A stretch of DNA of 64,000 nucleotides from Candidatus Latescibacterota bacterium (GTDB lineage Bacteria; Latescibacterota; UBA2968; UBA8231), in contig CBDAOB010000005.1 of assembly GCA_965197905.1 (NCBI GenBank), positions 2,592,001-2,656,000 on the forward strand, given 5' to 3'. This document shows positions 1 through 10,946 of this stretch, piece by piece; position 1 is the first letter of the stretch; every line of letters begins with the position of its first letter. Position numbers and translations under genes: made by a program. The notes under the pieces were generated by a model. That model ran no database searches. It was not told the origin of the DNA and worked only from the letters and a program-made list of their open reading frames with translations.

Positions 1-3000
1 AATGTTGTAGATCGCCAAATGCACGTCAGCATGATCTGGCACCGCAAACGGGATCGCAGTGGATGGATTGAACGGATTGGGGTAATTCTGATCCAGCCTG
101 GCTCGCACGGGAACGAGAAGCTCAGCGATGTTCTTGCCCCAGCTCACTGGCTGAAGATCGTAGACCGGGTTTAACAGCAAACCACTTCCGTTCTGGAGAG
201 ATTCGATCCCCCCCTCTCTCAATACTTCGAAACGCAGTGTTGCCAGGGCGCCTTCTCCAGTCGCAAACCATTCCTTGCCGATCCTGGCACCGATCACTCG
301 CAGTCGATCTCCGTCCACCCGAGTCTGGAAGACCGATCCGTTTGGATTGGGTTCGAACAGATCACCTTCGAAGTTCCGGTCGCCCATTGGCTCGATGGAG
401 TCAGGGTCGAATCGCAGATCGAATTCGAAACCGGCCAGATCGTCTAGGTTGTCCACTCTAACCTCGACCTCTACTTCCTGGCCGGGCCAGGTAGACTTTG
501 CGACGTCGAAGAGGGGATGGATGTGCAATTTGGTTTCGCTGTTGTCGCCTCTGACAATCGGTTTGAATACTGGAGGGGCGCCAAAACCCTCGCTGTTGCC
601 AAAGTTCGAGGTGGTCACGGTTAGATCCACCGCACCTACCACGTTGTCGTTGTTCATATCCGACTGTTTGAAAAACTCAATGGCGGTGTTGGTGCCCCAT
701 GCGGCGATGATGAGGTTTACGTCGTCCTCATTGATCTCGTTGTCCTCGGAAGCATCGCCTGCGGTCATCTGCGCCCCATTTTGAGGCAGGATCGTCGTGG
801 GATCGCCACGAAGGTCCGAGCCGAAGAAACCAAGGACATCATCCGCATCTGCAGGTGTATCATCGATGACGACGGCTTCGCCGTTCCGGATCGTTATGGT
901 GTCGGACCGTCCGCTGATATGGCTGGTATCCTTGACGGTCAGTATCCACCTGCCCGAAGGAACAGCGGAAAGCGCAAGGGCGCCCGCCGCATCTGTCTCG
1001 ACTTCGACCGTGTCGGTTGTGGCCAACAGGTCGTCGTTGGCGGTGCGGAAGATGCTGTCATCCTCGTCGATGGTGCTGCCAGGTTTTCGCAGGTGGATAT
1101 CGAGAAGTGTCGTATCATCTCCACCCCCCAGGTCGCGACCCTCCAAGATGACTGACGTCGATATGGATCCCCTAGACACCTGGGTAAAACTTGGATCGTC
1201 GTGAGACAACCCGTCCCCTATGTCGTCCACTGGATCGTTCTTGCCCACCTGGCCGAACACGGTTCCCGTTTCGCCACTCACGAATTCCAGGGACGGCGAA
1301 GCGAGCGCCAGTCCGGTGTTGACCAACTGGAAGCGGGCGAACGCGACGGGCACGTCTTGCGTCCCAATCGTCTGTCCCCCGAAGGAAGCCTTGGCGAAAC
1401 GCATCTGGCTCGAGGCGGAAATGAAGGTGTCCTCGATGGCGCTGGTCCCGGGAAAGACGTTGTTGAGGTCGAGAAACGGCTTCGAGATTCCGGGGCCGGT
1501 GCCCTGATCCACCACCGTCCACGCGTTGTCTTTGAGGTCTATCACCACTTGGACGAGATTTACCGCGTCCGGGTGACTCACCATGACATCCATCGTAACC
1601 GTGTCGCCGGTGGCTACGGTCGCGTTGGTCGGGTTGGTGCTGAAATAGCTGGTTTGGGCCCCAGGCTCGACCCCGAGTGTCAAAGCTGTGCTGCTCTTGC
1701 TAATGGTCGTTTCAGTGCTGAGGGCGAAGGTCGAGTCCTTTCCTATGGCGACGTAGACATCGTAGGCTACGGTGGCGAGGCCAAAGAGTCGCGTGTTCCA
1801 ATCGAAGAAGTCGGAGCTGTCCTCCCGAATCGAGGTAACCGTGCCTCCGGTGAGATTGCCGTTGGAGCTGTTTATGAGAAAATCGGTAAGCCCGTCGACC
1901 GCTCCCTCGAGGTTTCCCAGGGTCGTATGCACTGAGGGGTTCGGTATGGCGTAGAGCCGGATGTAGGCGTCGTCGGTGCTGCTGCCATCGTCCACCAGAT
2001 AGTCGTCCCATTCGATTCGCAGCACGTCGTCCTTCACAAAGCCGGGGACATAGTCATCGAGCTTGGAGGACAGAATCGTGATGTGGGGATCGTGTACCAT
2101 GGTCAGGGCTCCGCCCAGCGCCACGTTCTTGTTGCCGCGGCTGTCGGTGATGATAGCGTAGAGCCACACCTTGCCGCCACTTACGCTTTCTTTTGGGACG
2201 TCGTTCGGCGGATTGCGCAGATCCCAGACGTACATGTCGCTGGCAGCGTCGCCGTTCTCAGTCAAGCCCTTTGCGATCGTCTTCGTGTCGACATCGTTGA
2301 GCAGCGAATCGGGAAAATCCTCATAGTTGATCGTCGCCGGATTGTCTGTCGTGAAGTAGAGGTCGATGGTGGCATTGTCATCGAAGTCGGCGTCCCCTCG
2401 GCCCTTCTGCCATTGAATCGCGAAGTTGGGCTGAGAACCGGTATTGATTTCCCGGTGGGAGTCACGGGGAGGCTCGTAGAACGTAAAGGAGGGTGAGTGT
2501 TTTACGGTCAGGAGAGCGGTGCTCTGCCCCAGTGCCACGTTGATCGAATCGCTGGCAACCAGGTAGATGAAATAGGTTCCTTCGGCGACGATTACGGAGT
2601 CGCTGTTGGCGAAAACCGAATCGGTTATGTCCCAGGTGAACTCGGTGTCAACGCTGGTAAGGGTATCCGACTGCGGAATGGCGGTGCCGCGATTGCCGCC
2701 AATGCTCTTGCCAAGCACGAATTTCTGATTGGGGAAACTTCCGGTAGCGGAGAGCGATGTTAATCCGCTGACCTCCGCAAAGAATAGCTGAACCTCGGTC
2801 GATCCCTGCAGATCGAACGCGCGGACGCTGAAGTCCAGGTCATACGGATTCGCCTTTATGCCGGTGCGGACGCCGCTGTCCACGGTGTCGGCGATGGCCG
2901 GATCTACCAGGTCAATGATCGGTTTGTGACGGATCGCCACCGCACCCGGACTGCGCGCGAAGACGGGTGGATTCTTCTGATCGTCCGCCACCAGATAGAC

Positions 3001-5610
3001 ATAATAGTCGCCGCTGGGCACCTGGAAGATGCTCGCGAAGAGGCTGTCCTTTAACGCGGATGGGGGATCGTCCCAGGTGTAGGTCTGATTCTGCCCTTCT
3101 TTGAAGTCATCGGTGCCACTCGAGAATATGGTCGAGTTGTCATTCTCATCGGCGATCAGGGTCGCGAAGATCCGGATATCCTGCACCGATGCCAGGGTAC
3201 TGTCGCCGGCGAAGTAGAGCGACGCCTTCAGATTGCCGGTGGAGATGTCATCATCCGTATCGGTCATGGTGTAGAGAATCGAGTACGAGGTGTTTGCTTC
3301 GTCACCGACTCCGTCCGGCTGAAAGACCTGCACGAACGGGGCGGTGTTGGAATCCACGATATCGATCCGGGCGCCCAGCATGAAGAAAACCCCCCCGAGA
3401 ACGGGGGCGAAACCTCCGCTAGAGGGCACTTCAACCTTAACGGTTCTGGCATCGGTACCGATCCCCACGGTTGCTGCGGTACTGGCACTGATCAGCTGAA
3501 CGTTGCCCGGCACCGCGCCGGCGGTTGCCGAATCGCTGCCCAGAACGTTTAACTTCGCCAGCAGACCAATTTTGTCGCCGTTGTCGCCCCACTCGTTTGT
3601 AGAGGTGGCGTCCTCGTTAAAGCGCCCCTCGAAATTCTTGTCATCGTCGCCCAGGGTCGTCGCCACCGACTCCCATTCCCCCGCCAGGAATCCATCGTTG
3701 CTCTTTCCCGTCGCGCCAAGCCCTTGTCCGTCCGCGTTGTCGGCGGCGTGGACGTAGACCACGTTCTTTTGGATCTCCGTGGTCAGCGTTTGGGAAATTA
3801 TCGGGGTATACGTGAGGTCGTACTGAAAACCACCCACGGGTACCGACTTGTCTTCGAAGGTGACGTCGCGGCCAAGCACCTTGAAGTAGGGGTGTTGATT
3901 GACGTTGGTGAGACCGTCAACCCCGAGTCCCTCTCCGGTACCGCCGGAAAACGCCATGAAGAAACTGGAGGTGTTCGGGTCTTTGACGAGGACTGGCGCG
4001 CTCAGGAACACATCCGTTGCCGCGATTCCGTCGGTCGTCCCCGCGTCGTCGTCGGCGACCTTTTCGGGCAGGCTCCAGGTTTGGCCGTTGTAGAAACCGT
4101 AATAGATGTCGTGCTCACCGCCGCTGCTGTAACCGGCGGTGAAAGCGATGTGCACGTCCCCGCGGGTCGAGAGGCGGTCGTCGATCGCGGCACTGACACG
4201 CTCGGTCACCGTCCACTCCAGCTCGACGTTGTAATTGTTCACCCCATCACCGAACAGGGTCGTGTTCGCCGTGCTCCAAACGGGGGCTGCATTACCCACG
4301 ACCCATCCCGCGTTCGCTCCAACCGCGTTGTCATAGGTGTAGTTATTGAAGAAAATGGTTTCGATTGGGACGGCGCCATCACCAAACTTGTACAGTGCAT
4401 ACACCTTGTCAGGTGAGCTCTGTTTGTCCACGAGGATCGTCGGAAAATAGAAATCGGCCTCCGTCTCAAGTGTGGTATTGGCGACGGAATTGTCGAAATC
4501 GTCTACGTCTCTCCCCGGATTGTTCTGGTCCCATCCGGGTGTGCCCACTGTCTTGTACTCATCCGCGAGCAACGTCTTGTGTTCTATGTCATCGGCCGTG
4601 TCGTTGTAGTAGATGATGTGGAGAACGTCGCCGGTGCCGATAGCGATGTCCGGACCTGTTTCTCGATCAGCCCCGTCAGGCGAAATCCGCACGCCACCCG
4701 TACTCCCTGCGTTTGCTTGCGATCCGACTGCCTCAACGCTGAACGGCGTGGTGGAACGATCGATCTTCGCGAGCATGATGTCATCGGTGGTCCCGGCAGA
4801 TGTGACCCCGCGTACGTAGGTAATGAAGATGTTGTCCCGCTGGTCAATCGCCATGCGCGGAAACGCCGTGTTGCGCGGATCCCCCACCGTCAAAGTATCA
4901 TTGACCACCACGGCGTTGTTTCCAGGTAACCACGAGGCACCGCCAGTCTCCGAATAGTTGAAGAAGACGTTGTCGGGGTTGGTGTTATTGAACTGGGCGG
5001 TACGCCCATCGGGCGAGAAGTCAAACGCGTAGACCACCCGTGGGTTTCCCCGGCTGTCTACCTCGAGGTCGAGAGTGGAAAATGCGTTGGTACCGCCAAG
5101 ACTGAGAGTCAGAATGTCGAAGCGAAGACTGCCAGAAACACTTTGCGGATCAGAGAAGCTAACGCCGGAGTTTTCGCTGCGGGCGTAGAGAACCTGGTAT
5201 ATCGGAGTAGAGACAGGAGTGACCGTCTCCTCGCTGATCCACGCCATGTGGATGGTTCCATCCGTAGAAACCGCAATATCGGCTCTCAAGCCGTCGACGT
5301 CGGTACTGTTGACCTGCTTGCTGCGCTCAATGTTGTGGAAGTGTCCGCTGACTGGATAGGTGGGCGTAGCTGCCTGATTCAGATCGACGCGGACGTCAAC
5401 CCGTTGGCCGAGGACGAAATCCTCTTGGCTCGTGCTGTCCTCCGGAGAAAACCCCACGGGAGTGTTGTTTTCGAAGATCGGAGGTGTCCCATAGGCGTAC
5501 GAAGTCATTCCGATCAGCAAGATCATCACACCGACCATCCGTGCCAGTGAGAAGCCGACCGCGAGACCCGCGCCACCGGGGAGTCTTTGAGTGGGGCCGA
5601 AACCAGCCAT
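1..5610 (-). CDS. Giant secreted multidomain protein (>1870 aa, 3' end beyond window): signal peptide, BNR/propeller-like N-terminal region, Ig-like repeats, cohesin-like, dockerin-like, cohesin-like, FlgD-Ig C-terminal domain
   Basis: Absent from the ORF track because it has no stop in the window. ATG at 5610 (alternative GTG at 5619) is in frame with positions 3..1. Starts MAGFGPTQRLPGGAGLAVGFSLARMVGVMILLIGMTSYAYG. Ends ...GDASEDNEINEDDVNLIIAAWG...SDMNNDNVVGAVDL...VEVEVRVDNLDDLAGFEFDLRFDPD...LDQNYPNPFNPSTAIPFAVPDHADVHLAIYNI. Confidence 0.85.
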   Translation of the reverse strand, partial: MAGFGPTQRLPGGAGLAVGFSLARMVGVMILLIGMTSYAYGTPPIFENNTPVGFSPEDSTSQEDFVLGQRVDVRVDLNQAATPTYPVSGHFHNIERSKQVNSTDVDGLRADIAVSTDGTIHMAWISEETVTPVSTPIYQVLYARSENSGVSFSDPQSVSGSLRFDILTLSLGGTNAFSTLDLEVDSRGNPRVVYAFDFSPDGRTAQFNNTNPDNVFFNYSETGGASWLPGNNAVVVNDTLTVGDPRNTAFPRMAIDQRDNIFITYVRGVTSAGTTDDIMLAKIDRSTTPFSVEAVGSQANAGSTGGVRISPDGADRETGPDIAIGTGDVLHIIYYNDTADDIEHKTLLADEYKTVGTPGWDQNNPGRDVDDFDNSVANTTLETEADFYFPTILVDKQSSPDKVYALYKFGDGAVPIETIFFNNYTYDNAVGANAGWVVGNAAPVWSTANTTLFGDGVNNYNVELEWTVTERVSAAIDDRLSTRGDVHIAFTAGYSSGGEHDIYYGFYNGQTWSLPEKVADDDAGTTDGIAATDVFLSAPVLVKDPNTSSFFMAFSGGTGEGLGVDGLTNVNQHPYFKVLGRDVTFEDKSVPVGGFQYDLTYTPIISQTLTTEIQKNVVYVHAADNADGQGLGATGKSNDGFLAGEWESVATTLGDDDKNFEGRFNEDATSTNEWGDNGDKIGLLAKLNVLGSDSATAGAVPGNVQLISASTAATVGIGTDARTVKVEVPSSGGFAPVLGGVFFMLGARIDIVDSNTAPFVQVFQPDGVGDEANTSYSILYTMTDTDDDISTGNLKASLYFAGDSTLASVQDIRIFATLIADENDNSTIFSSGTDDFKEGQNQTYTWDDPPSALKDSLFASIFQVPSGDYYVYLVADDQKNPPVFARSPGAVAIRHKPIIDLVDPAIADTVDSGVRTGIKANPYDLDFSVRAFDLQGSTEVQLFFAEVSGLTSLSATGSFPNQKFVLGKSIGGNRGTAIPQSDTLTSVDTEFTWDITDSVFANSDSVIVAEGTYFIYLVASDSINVALGQSTALLTVKHSPSFTFYEPPRDSHREINTGSQPNFAIQWQKGRGDADFDDNATIDLYFTTDNPATINYEDFPDSLLNDVDTKTIAKGLTENGDAASDMYVWDLRNPPNDVPKESVSGGKVWLYAIITDSRGNKNVALGGALTMVHDPHITILSSKLDDYVPGFVKDDVLRIEWDDYLVDDGSSTDDAYIRLYAIPNPSVHTTLGNLEGAVDGLTDFLINSSNGNLTGGTVTSIREDSSDFFDWNTRLFGLATVAYDVYVAIGKDSTFALSTETTISKSSTALTLGVEPGAQTSYFSTNPTNATVATGDTVTMDVMVSHPDAVNLVQVVIDLKDNAWTVVDQGTGPGISKPFLDLNNVFPGTSAIEDTFISASSQMRFAKASFGGQTIGTQDVPVAFARFQLVNTGLALASPSLEFVSGETGTVFGQVGKNDPVDDIGDGLSHDDPSFTQVSRGSISTSVILEGRDLGGGDDTTLLDIHLRKPGSTIDEDDSIFRTANDDLLATTDTVEVETDAAGALALSAVPSGRWILTVKDTSHISGRSDTITIRNGEAVVIDDTPADADDVLGFFGSDLRGDPTTILPQNGAQMTAGDASEDNEINEDDVNLIIAAWGTNTAIEFFKQSDMNNDNVVGAVDLTVTTSNFGNSEGFGAPPVFKPIVRGDNSETKLHIHPLFDVAKSTWPGQEVEVEVRVDNLDDLAGFEFDLRFDPDSIEPMGDRNFEGDLFEPNPNGSVFQTRVDGDRLRVIGARIGKEWFATGEGALATLRFEVLREGGIESLQNGSGLLLNPVYDLQPVSWGKNIAELLVPVRARLDQNYPNPFNPSTAIPFAVPDHADVHLAIYNI

Positions 5611-5692
5611 GTGTCTCACGATTCCAATCCTTTAGAACCGCAATTCCGCTACCTGCGGATTTGCAGAGTCCTTTCCTTGTCCCGGCAGGTTG

Positions 5693-5708
5693 AGCAAGAT
5701 CAATGCCA
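5693..5708 (-). promoter_or_regulatory. Putative sigma54 (-24/-12) promoter for the giant secreted protein
   Basis: Minus strand reads TGGCATTGATCTTGCT: GG-N10-GC with TGGCA and TTGCT, ~80 nt upstream of the start codon. Confidence 0.7.
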
Positions 5709-5770
5709 ATTTCGGCCGCTCTCTCAGGTATGGAGTGAGCGATCCAGGGTGCCGGGAGGCGCTGTCGGCC

Positions 5771-5805
5771 GGGAAATTACTTCCCTCATAGGTCAGTTTA
5801 TTCCC
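5771..5805. promoter_or_regulatory. Candidate tandem enhancer (UAS) for a sigma54 activator
   Basis: GGGAA-N5-TTCCC (5771-5785) and GGTCA-N5-TTCCC (5791-5805), offset by 20 bp, between two divergent sigma54-like promoters. Confidence 0.45.
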
Positions 5806-5847
5806 CAGTCAGGACGATTTAGCGGGCGATCTTCGCACCCTTCCCCT

Positions 5848-5863
5848 TGGCATAGCTTTTGCC
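5848..5863 (+). promoter_or_regulatory. Putative sigma54 (-24/-12) promoter for the cohesin/Ig-repeat gene
   Basis: TGGCATAGCTTTTGCC: GG-N10-GC, ~50 nt upstream of ATG 5912. Confidence 0.6.
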
Positions 5864-5911
5864 AACTACCCCTCGGACAATCCTATCCAGGAAGGACGGA
5901 GCTCTATTCAG

Positions 5912-8900
5912 ATGGCACGACGCTTACTGGTACTGCTGATCCTCTCTCTCCCCGCTCAGGTCCTGGCGATCAATCTTGAATTGCGTCAGGTAGGGACCTC
6001 GTCATCCGAAATTTCCGCCGTCGTCGGTGAAGAGATCGACGTGGAGGTGTGGCTCGATTCCGGAGGCCGCCGCGTCTCCGGCGCCGCCATATTTCTCAGT
6101 TTCGACGAATCGGTTTTCGAGCTAGTGGAGTTAGACCGAGATCCCTCGCCCGGTTTTCAGCCATTCGAGCAGGGTGGCTTTCTCGGCAACGGCGAAGTAT
6201 TTCGCAACGACCTTCTCGATCCGGATGATCCCGCCGCCAGCTTTGCGGGGGAGCAGATGGATTACAGCGTTGTGCGCGCTGTCGACAACGGATCCGGGGC
6301 GGTAGCAAGATTTCGGCTGCGAGCCCTGGTGCCCGTACACAGCAGCGCAGTTCGCATCGACGAGAGCGGCATCCGCGAAACCCGCGTCTTTCTGCCAGAC
6401 GGCAGCCATCAATCCTTTCGATTCATAAAACCTTTGACTGTGCGAGTGCAGGGGATAAGCCTTGTCGGCTTGCCCGATCGTCTGGTTCTCGCGCGCGGAC
6501 AGGTAGACAGCACTTCATTCAAGCTTGACGAGCTGATCTTCGATCCGCTGTACGGAATCGAAGAGATTCAGTGGACCATTTCTCCGCTAGGTTCCATCGA
6601 TATGCGTCGAGTTACCCAGCCCAACAGCCTGGTGCTCTCGGCGCCCTCCGAAACCTCGACCTGGGAACGACTGATCATCGTTGCAGAGAATCCTGACGGA
6701 CAGACGGCTACGGACACCGTTGACATCTACGTGAACGCCGGTCCTGAGCTGAGACCCCCCGAAGGTCCCCTGACCTTGACCGAAGATGGTTTTTCGAGCT
6801 GGAATTGGATCCTCTGGTAAACGATCCGGACAGCGCCACTGACAAGCTGTCGTGGCACAGCAGCGGAGCCAGCCACATCCTGGCGACGGTTTTGAACACT
6901 CCCGCTCGAATCCGCTTCGAACCGGCTGAACACTGGTCCGGTTCGGAACGGTTTGTCGTGACGGTTTCGGACGAGTACGGCTTCTCTGATTCGATGCAGG
7001 TACAGGTGGTTGTCAATGAGGTAAATGATCCGCCAACGTTTCTAATGGCGCCCAATCTCCTGGTTACGGTGGGGAGGCAGGACAATAGTCTCCTGATATC
7101 CGATCTCATCGCAGATCTGGAGGATCCGCTGGAGATTCTGCAGCTCGAGTGGTCCCCAGCCACCAATTTCGAGGTTGCACTCGTCGATGGCCGCCTCGTC
7201 GTCGTGGCTGGACTCGAGTGGGTGGGGACCGAAGAGATTCAACTCTTGGTCGAGGACTCGGGCGGATTGACCAGCTCCATCCCACTTACGGTTACAGTAG
7301 TGCGTTCCATTGCGCCTGCGCTCATCAATCCGCCGCAGCGCCTGGGCATGGCAGCAGGCGGTCAGTCCATACTAAGCCTGGACGAGCTGGTTACAGACCC
7401 CGACGACGACGATAGCGACCTTCTCTGGCAGGTTGCTGGACAAATCGAGTTGCAGGTGCAACTCAGCAACAGCCGCGCGGTCCGCATTGAAGCACCCGGG
7501 GCATTTAACGGCATCGAAGTCCTGACCTTTACGGTTGCCGATCCCAGTGGTGAAACTGCTTCGTTCGTGCTACTCGTGTTTTCGGCGCCCGCCAACGGGG
7601 AGCCGATCCTGGCGCCGATTCCGGATGTCAGCGTCCCTCTGGACGGAGTGGATACCTCTCTCGATCTGGACGACTACGTGTACGACTTGGACCACGAGCC
7701 GGGGCAGATCGATTGGTTCCTACCTACCCGGGCCGATTTGACCCTGAGGGTCGACCCGGAGTCGCATGTCCTAACCGTCGCGCCGACCTCCGATGCCACG
7801 GCGGGAATCGTTGACCTGAGCCTGACGGCAATCGATCCCGATGGACATGAAGCGAGCCAGACGGTGCGGATCCACATCGTCGGAACCGGGCCCATCGCCA
7901 ACTTCACTGTTGGACCGATTCCGGATGTCGCCTTCGCCGTTGGTGAAGGGTACGATTTGGAGTTGGACAGCTTTGTAGGCGGAGATGTGGACGCGAGCCA
8001 GATTCAGTGGAGCGTGGAAGGCGCTCAGCATCTTCAGGTTGAGCTGGACCCAGAGTCCCATACGGCGCGGATTCAAGCAACACCCGATTGGACCGGCACC
8101 GAGGAGCTGGTGTTCGTGGCTGCCGGAGCGGCCACTGTGAAACGCCGGACGGTACGAATAACGGTGCGTCCGGCGGGAGAGATCGGAACAGGGCCGAGCC
8201 TGGCCCAGTTGCCTCGCCTGACCTTGCGTGCTGGCACCTTCGACCAGAGTCTGGACCTGGACGACTTTGTCACCGGCATCGATCCAACAGGTTTGATCTG
8301 GGCAATGACCACGCAAACCGAGAATCTTCAGGTCCTCATCGATCCCCAATCCCACACCGTGGTCGTTTTGCCGCGCGCGGACTGGAGCGGGGAGGAGCAA
8401 CTGACATTTGAAGCCAGGGACGCGCTGGGAACCGTGTTGACCACGGTGTTGGTGGTGGAGGTGCTGCAGCACCTGGGTCTGGAGCTCCAGGAGATTCGGG
8501 CTCCCCTGTTCGCGGGGGAAAGCGAGATTCGGTTGAACGCCAGCGAGGTTCTCGCTGGGGATACCGACCCCGGACAGCTCACCTGGGCAGCGACCGGCTC
8601 ACAACCGATCAACGTCGTTTACGATGCCCGGACCGGCCACCTCTTGCTGACGGGAAGCGAACCCTGGCATGCCAGCGATATAATCACCCTGATGGCTCGC
8701 GACCAGAACCAGGTTGAATCGAGTAGCCACGTCTTACTGCAGGTGTATCCCGCCGATGGAAGCATCGGCACTACCTCTCCCGATTTTCAGCTGATGATCG
8801 TTCCAAACGTACTGCAACCGGATTACCTCAATCTCTTTGTCGTGAGTCAGATCGCGCTTGAGCGCGCCCCGCTGTTGCGTCTGCAAGCAGGAAGCTCTGA

Positions 8901-9948
8901 AGGAGTGGACCTGCGGGACCGCGACGACGGAATGTGGCACGGTACCCACGTACTTCAACCCGGCCAGGAGGGCAACGTGTCTTTTGTCGCCCTCGGCCTG
9001 GACGACAGCTTGAGCCTGCTGAAGGCTGACTTGACCATGACGGTGGGCACGGTGCGCGCGAAAAGCGCGAAAATCGTGGCGCGCCCCGACGTCTCCTTGG
9101 AATTCAGCGCCAGGTCGTTCGCTGAAGATGCCGTGGTGGCGATCCTACCGGGACCCAAGGAGGCAGCCGGCGACGAGCTCGTTGCGCTGGCGGAGCCGGT
9201 ACTGATCCATGCGTCTACTCCCTATCGCAGCGAGAGCGGACTAATCCATATGCAGAGCGTGGCGGGATCACAGCATCCTGCCGTCTATCGTTGGGATGGG
9301 ATTCGCTGGCTCTTTGTCGGCGCGACCCCAACGGATTCAGGCATTGGGGCGCCGCTGTCGAGCGTCGGACTATTCGCCTTGATGGATGACCTCACCCCAC
9401 CCGTCCTTCGGGAGGAGCAGATCGATCGGCGAGAACTACGATTCCGCATTACCGACGATGGGAGCGGCGTAGCCCGCCCGGTGGTGTCCGTGAACGGAGA
9501 ACCTGTTCCCGAACATCGGTACCGTTGGGATGGGCAGTGGCTCGTCCTGGACGACAAGACGGCGGGCGCTAACGCCGGTCTGCTTCACATCAGCCTCGAG
9601 GACCGCGTCGGCAATCGAGCCGCTCCGATCGAGCGGAGCCTGGGCGAACTCACCGGGACCCTGCCGTTGAGATTCTCACTGGGTCAGAACTACCCCAACC
9701 CGTTCAATCCCTCGACGGTGATCCCTCTCGAGGTGACTGGCTTCTCGGCGAACGTGCAACTTCAGGTGTTCAACGCTGGGGGACAACTGGTGCGCCGGCT
9801 GTTGAACGAACAACTCGCTCCAGGTATCTATGAGATCACTTGGGATGCCCGAGATCGAAACGGTTGGAATGTGGCAGCGGGGGTCTATTTCTACCGCCTG
9901 CAGGTAGATGAGCGGTTCGAAACCCGCAAGATGAGCCTCGTGCGTTAG
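5912..9948 (+). CDS. Secreted protein with N-terminal cohesin-like domain, tandem cadherin/Ig-like repeats and C-terminal FlgD-Ig domain (~1345 aa joined; frameshift at T5 run 6790-6794)
   Basis: ORFs 5912..6820 and 6805..9948 join if one T is added (EDGFFELELDPLVNDPD). Signal peptide MARRLLVLLILSLPAQVLA. Cohesin-like VEVWLD...SGAAIFLSFDESVFEL...GSGAVARFRLRA. Repeats of the type LDLDDYVYDLD...W. C-terminal LGQNYPNPFNPST. Confidence 0.8.
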
Positions 9949-9982
9949 GCACCAAATTCGGCGACCCTCCTGCCCGGCGCAA

Positions 9983-10945
9983 CTAGGGACCCATCGGGTC
10001 CACCACCGCCCCGAACAACTGCAACAGACGCTTCCGGTGCTCGTCCGGCAAAGGCGGCCCAAGGACAGCACGGACGTTCGCTTCCAGGTGGGAGATATTC
10101 CCGGTGCCCGTCAGCACCGATGAGATATCCGGTTGGCCCGCAACGAACTTGTAGGCGGCGCTGGAGACCGAATCCGCCTCCCCCTGCAACAGCCAGTCCA
10201 GTGGACCGTCTTCAGAGAGGGCGTCCGCCGCTATGACTCCCCGCTCTTTCAGATCATCGATGTTTTCCTTCAGTCGAACCAAATTCGAGAGTGCACGGCG
10301 CACGGCGAACATCCCCATAACAGCCACATCCCGCTTTCTCGCTTCCGGCAGAATCCAATGTTCCGCTCCCGGCGCCAGCAGGTTGTAGCCGACCATGATC
10401 GAATCGAAATGATCGTCGGCGAGAGCGCGGCGCAACATCGAGTGACCGCCATCTAGGTGAAACCGTTCCGTGATCCCCAGGAAGCGGAACTTCCCCTGCT
10501 CCTGCAAACTCCTTGCAACGGGCAGGAAGCGATCCACGACTTCGTCGTAATACTCCGGTGGGACTCCATGGAACTGGAAAAGATCGAGATGATCCACGCC
10601 CAGGCGCTGCAGCGAACGTTCGAGAGAAACCTGCAGGGCAGCTTGATCGATCACCGAGCCGCTGCCGAGGTCGACCGGATGGAACTTGCTCGCCAGGACT
10701 ACACTGTCTCGAGGCACTCTTTCGATCGCCCGGCCGATAAGGACCTCGCTCTCGCGGTAACCGGCTGACGTGTCTATCAGGTTTATCCCCAGATCGAGCG
10801 CGCGAGACACAACCGCCACCGATTGCTGTTCCGACACCCCGGAGGACTGACCCAGTTGGCTCAGTCCCCCCGAACCCAGACCAACAAGGGAAACCTGTAG
10901 GTCGGTGCGCCCGAAACGACGAAACTGCATCTTATCCCGAGGCAT
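9983..10945 (-). CDS. Aldo/keto reductase
   Basis: MQFRRFGRTDLQVSLVGLG, GINLIDTSAGY, LASK, SLERSLQRLGVDHLDLFQFH motifs. True start is probably ATG 10945 or 10930, not the track's 11089. Confidence 0.9.
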   Translation of the reverse strand: MPRDKMQFRRFGRTDLQVSLVGLGSGGLSQLGQSSGVSEQQSVAVVSRALDLGINLIDTSAGYRESEVLIGRAIERVPRDSVVLASKFHPVDLGSGSVIDQAALQVSLERSLQRLGVDHLDLFQFHGVPPEYYDEVVDRFLPVARSLQEQGKFRFLGITERFHLDGGHSMLRRALADDHFDSIMVGYNLLAPGAEHWILPEARKRDVAVMGMFAVRRALSNLVRLKENIDDLKERGVIAADALSEDGPLDWLLQGEADSVSSAAYKFVAGQPDISSVLTGTGNISHLEANVRAVLGPPLPDEHRKRLLQLFGAVVDPMGP

Positions 10946-10946
10946 A

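Noticed and set aside
237..5550. Numerous short ORFs on both strands
   Set aside because: Shadows of the single long minus-strand gene 1..5610.
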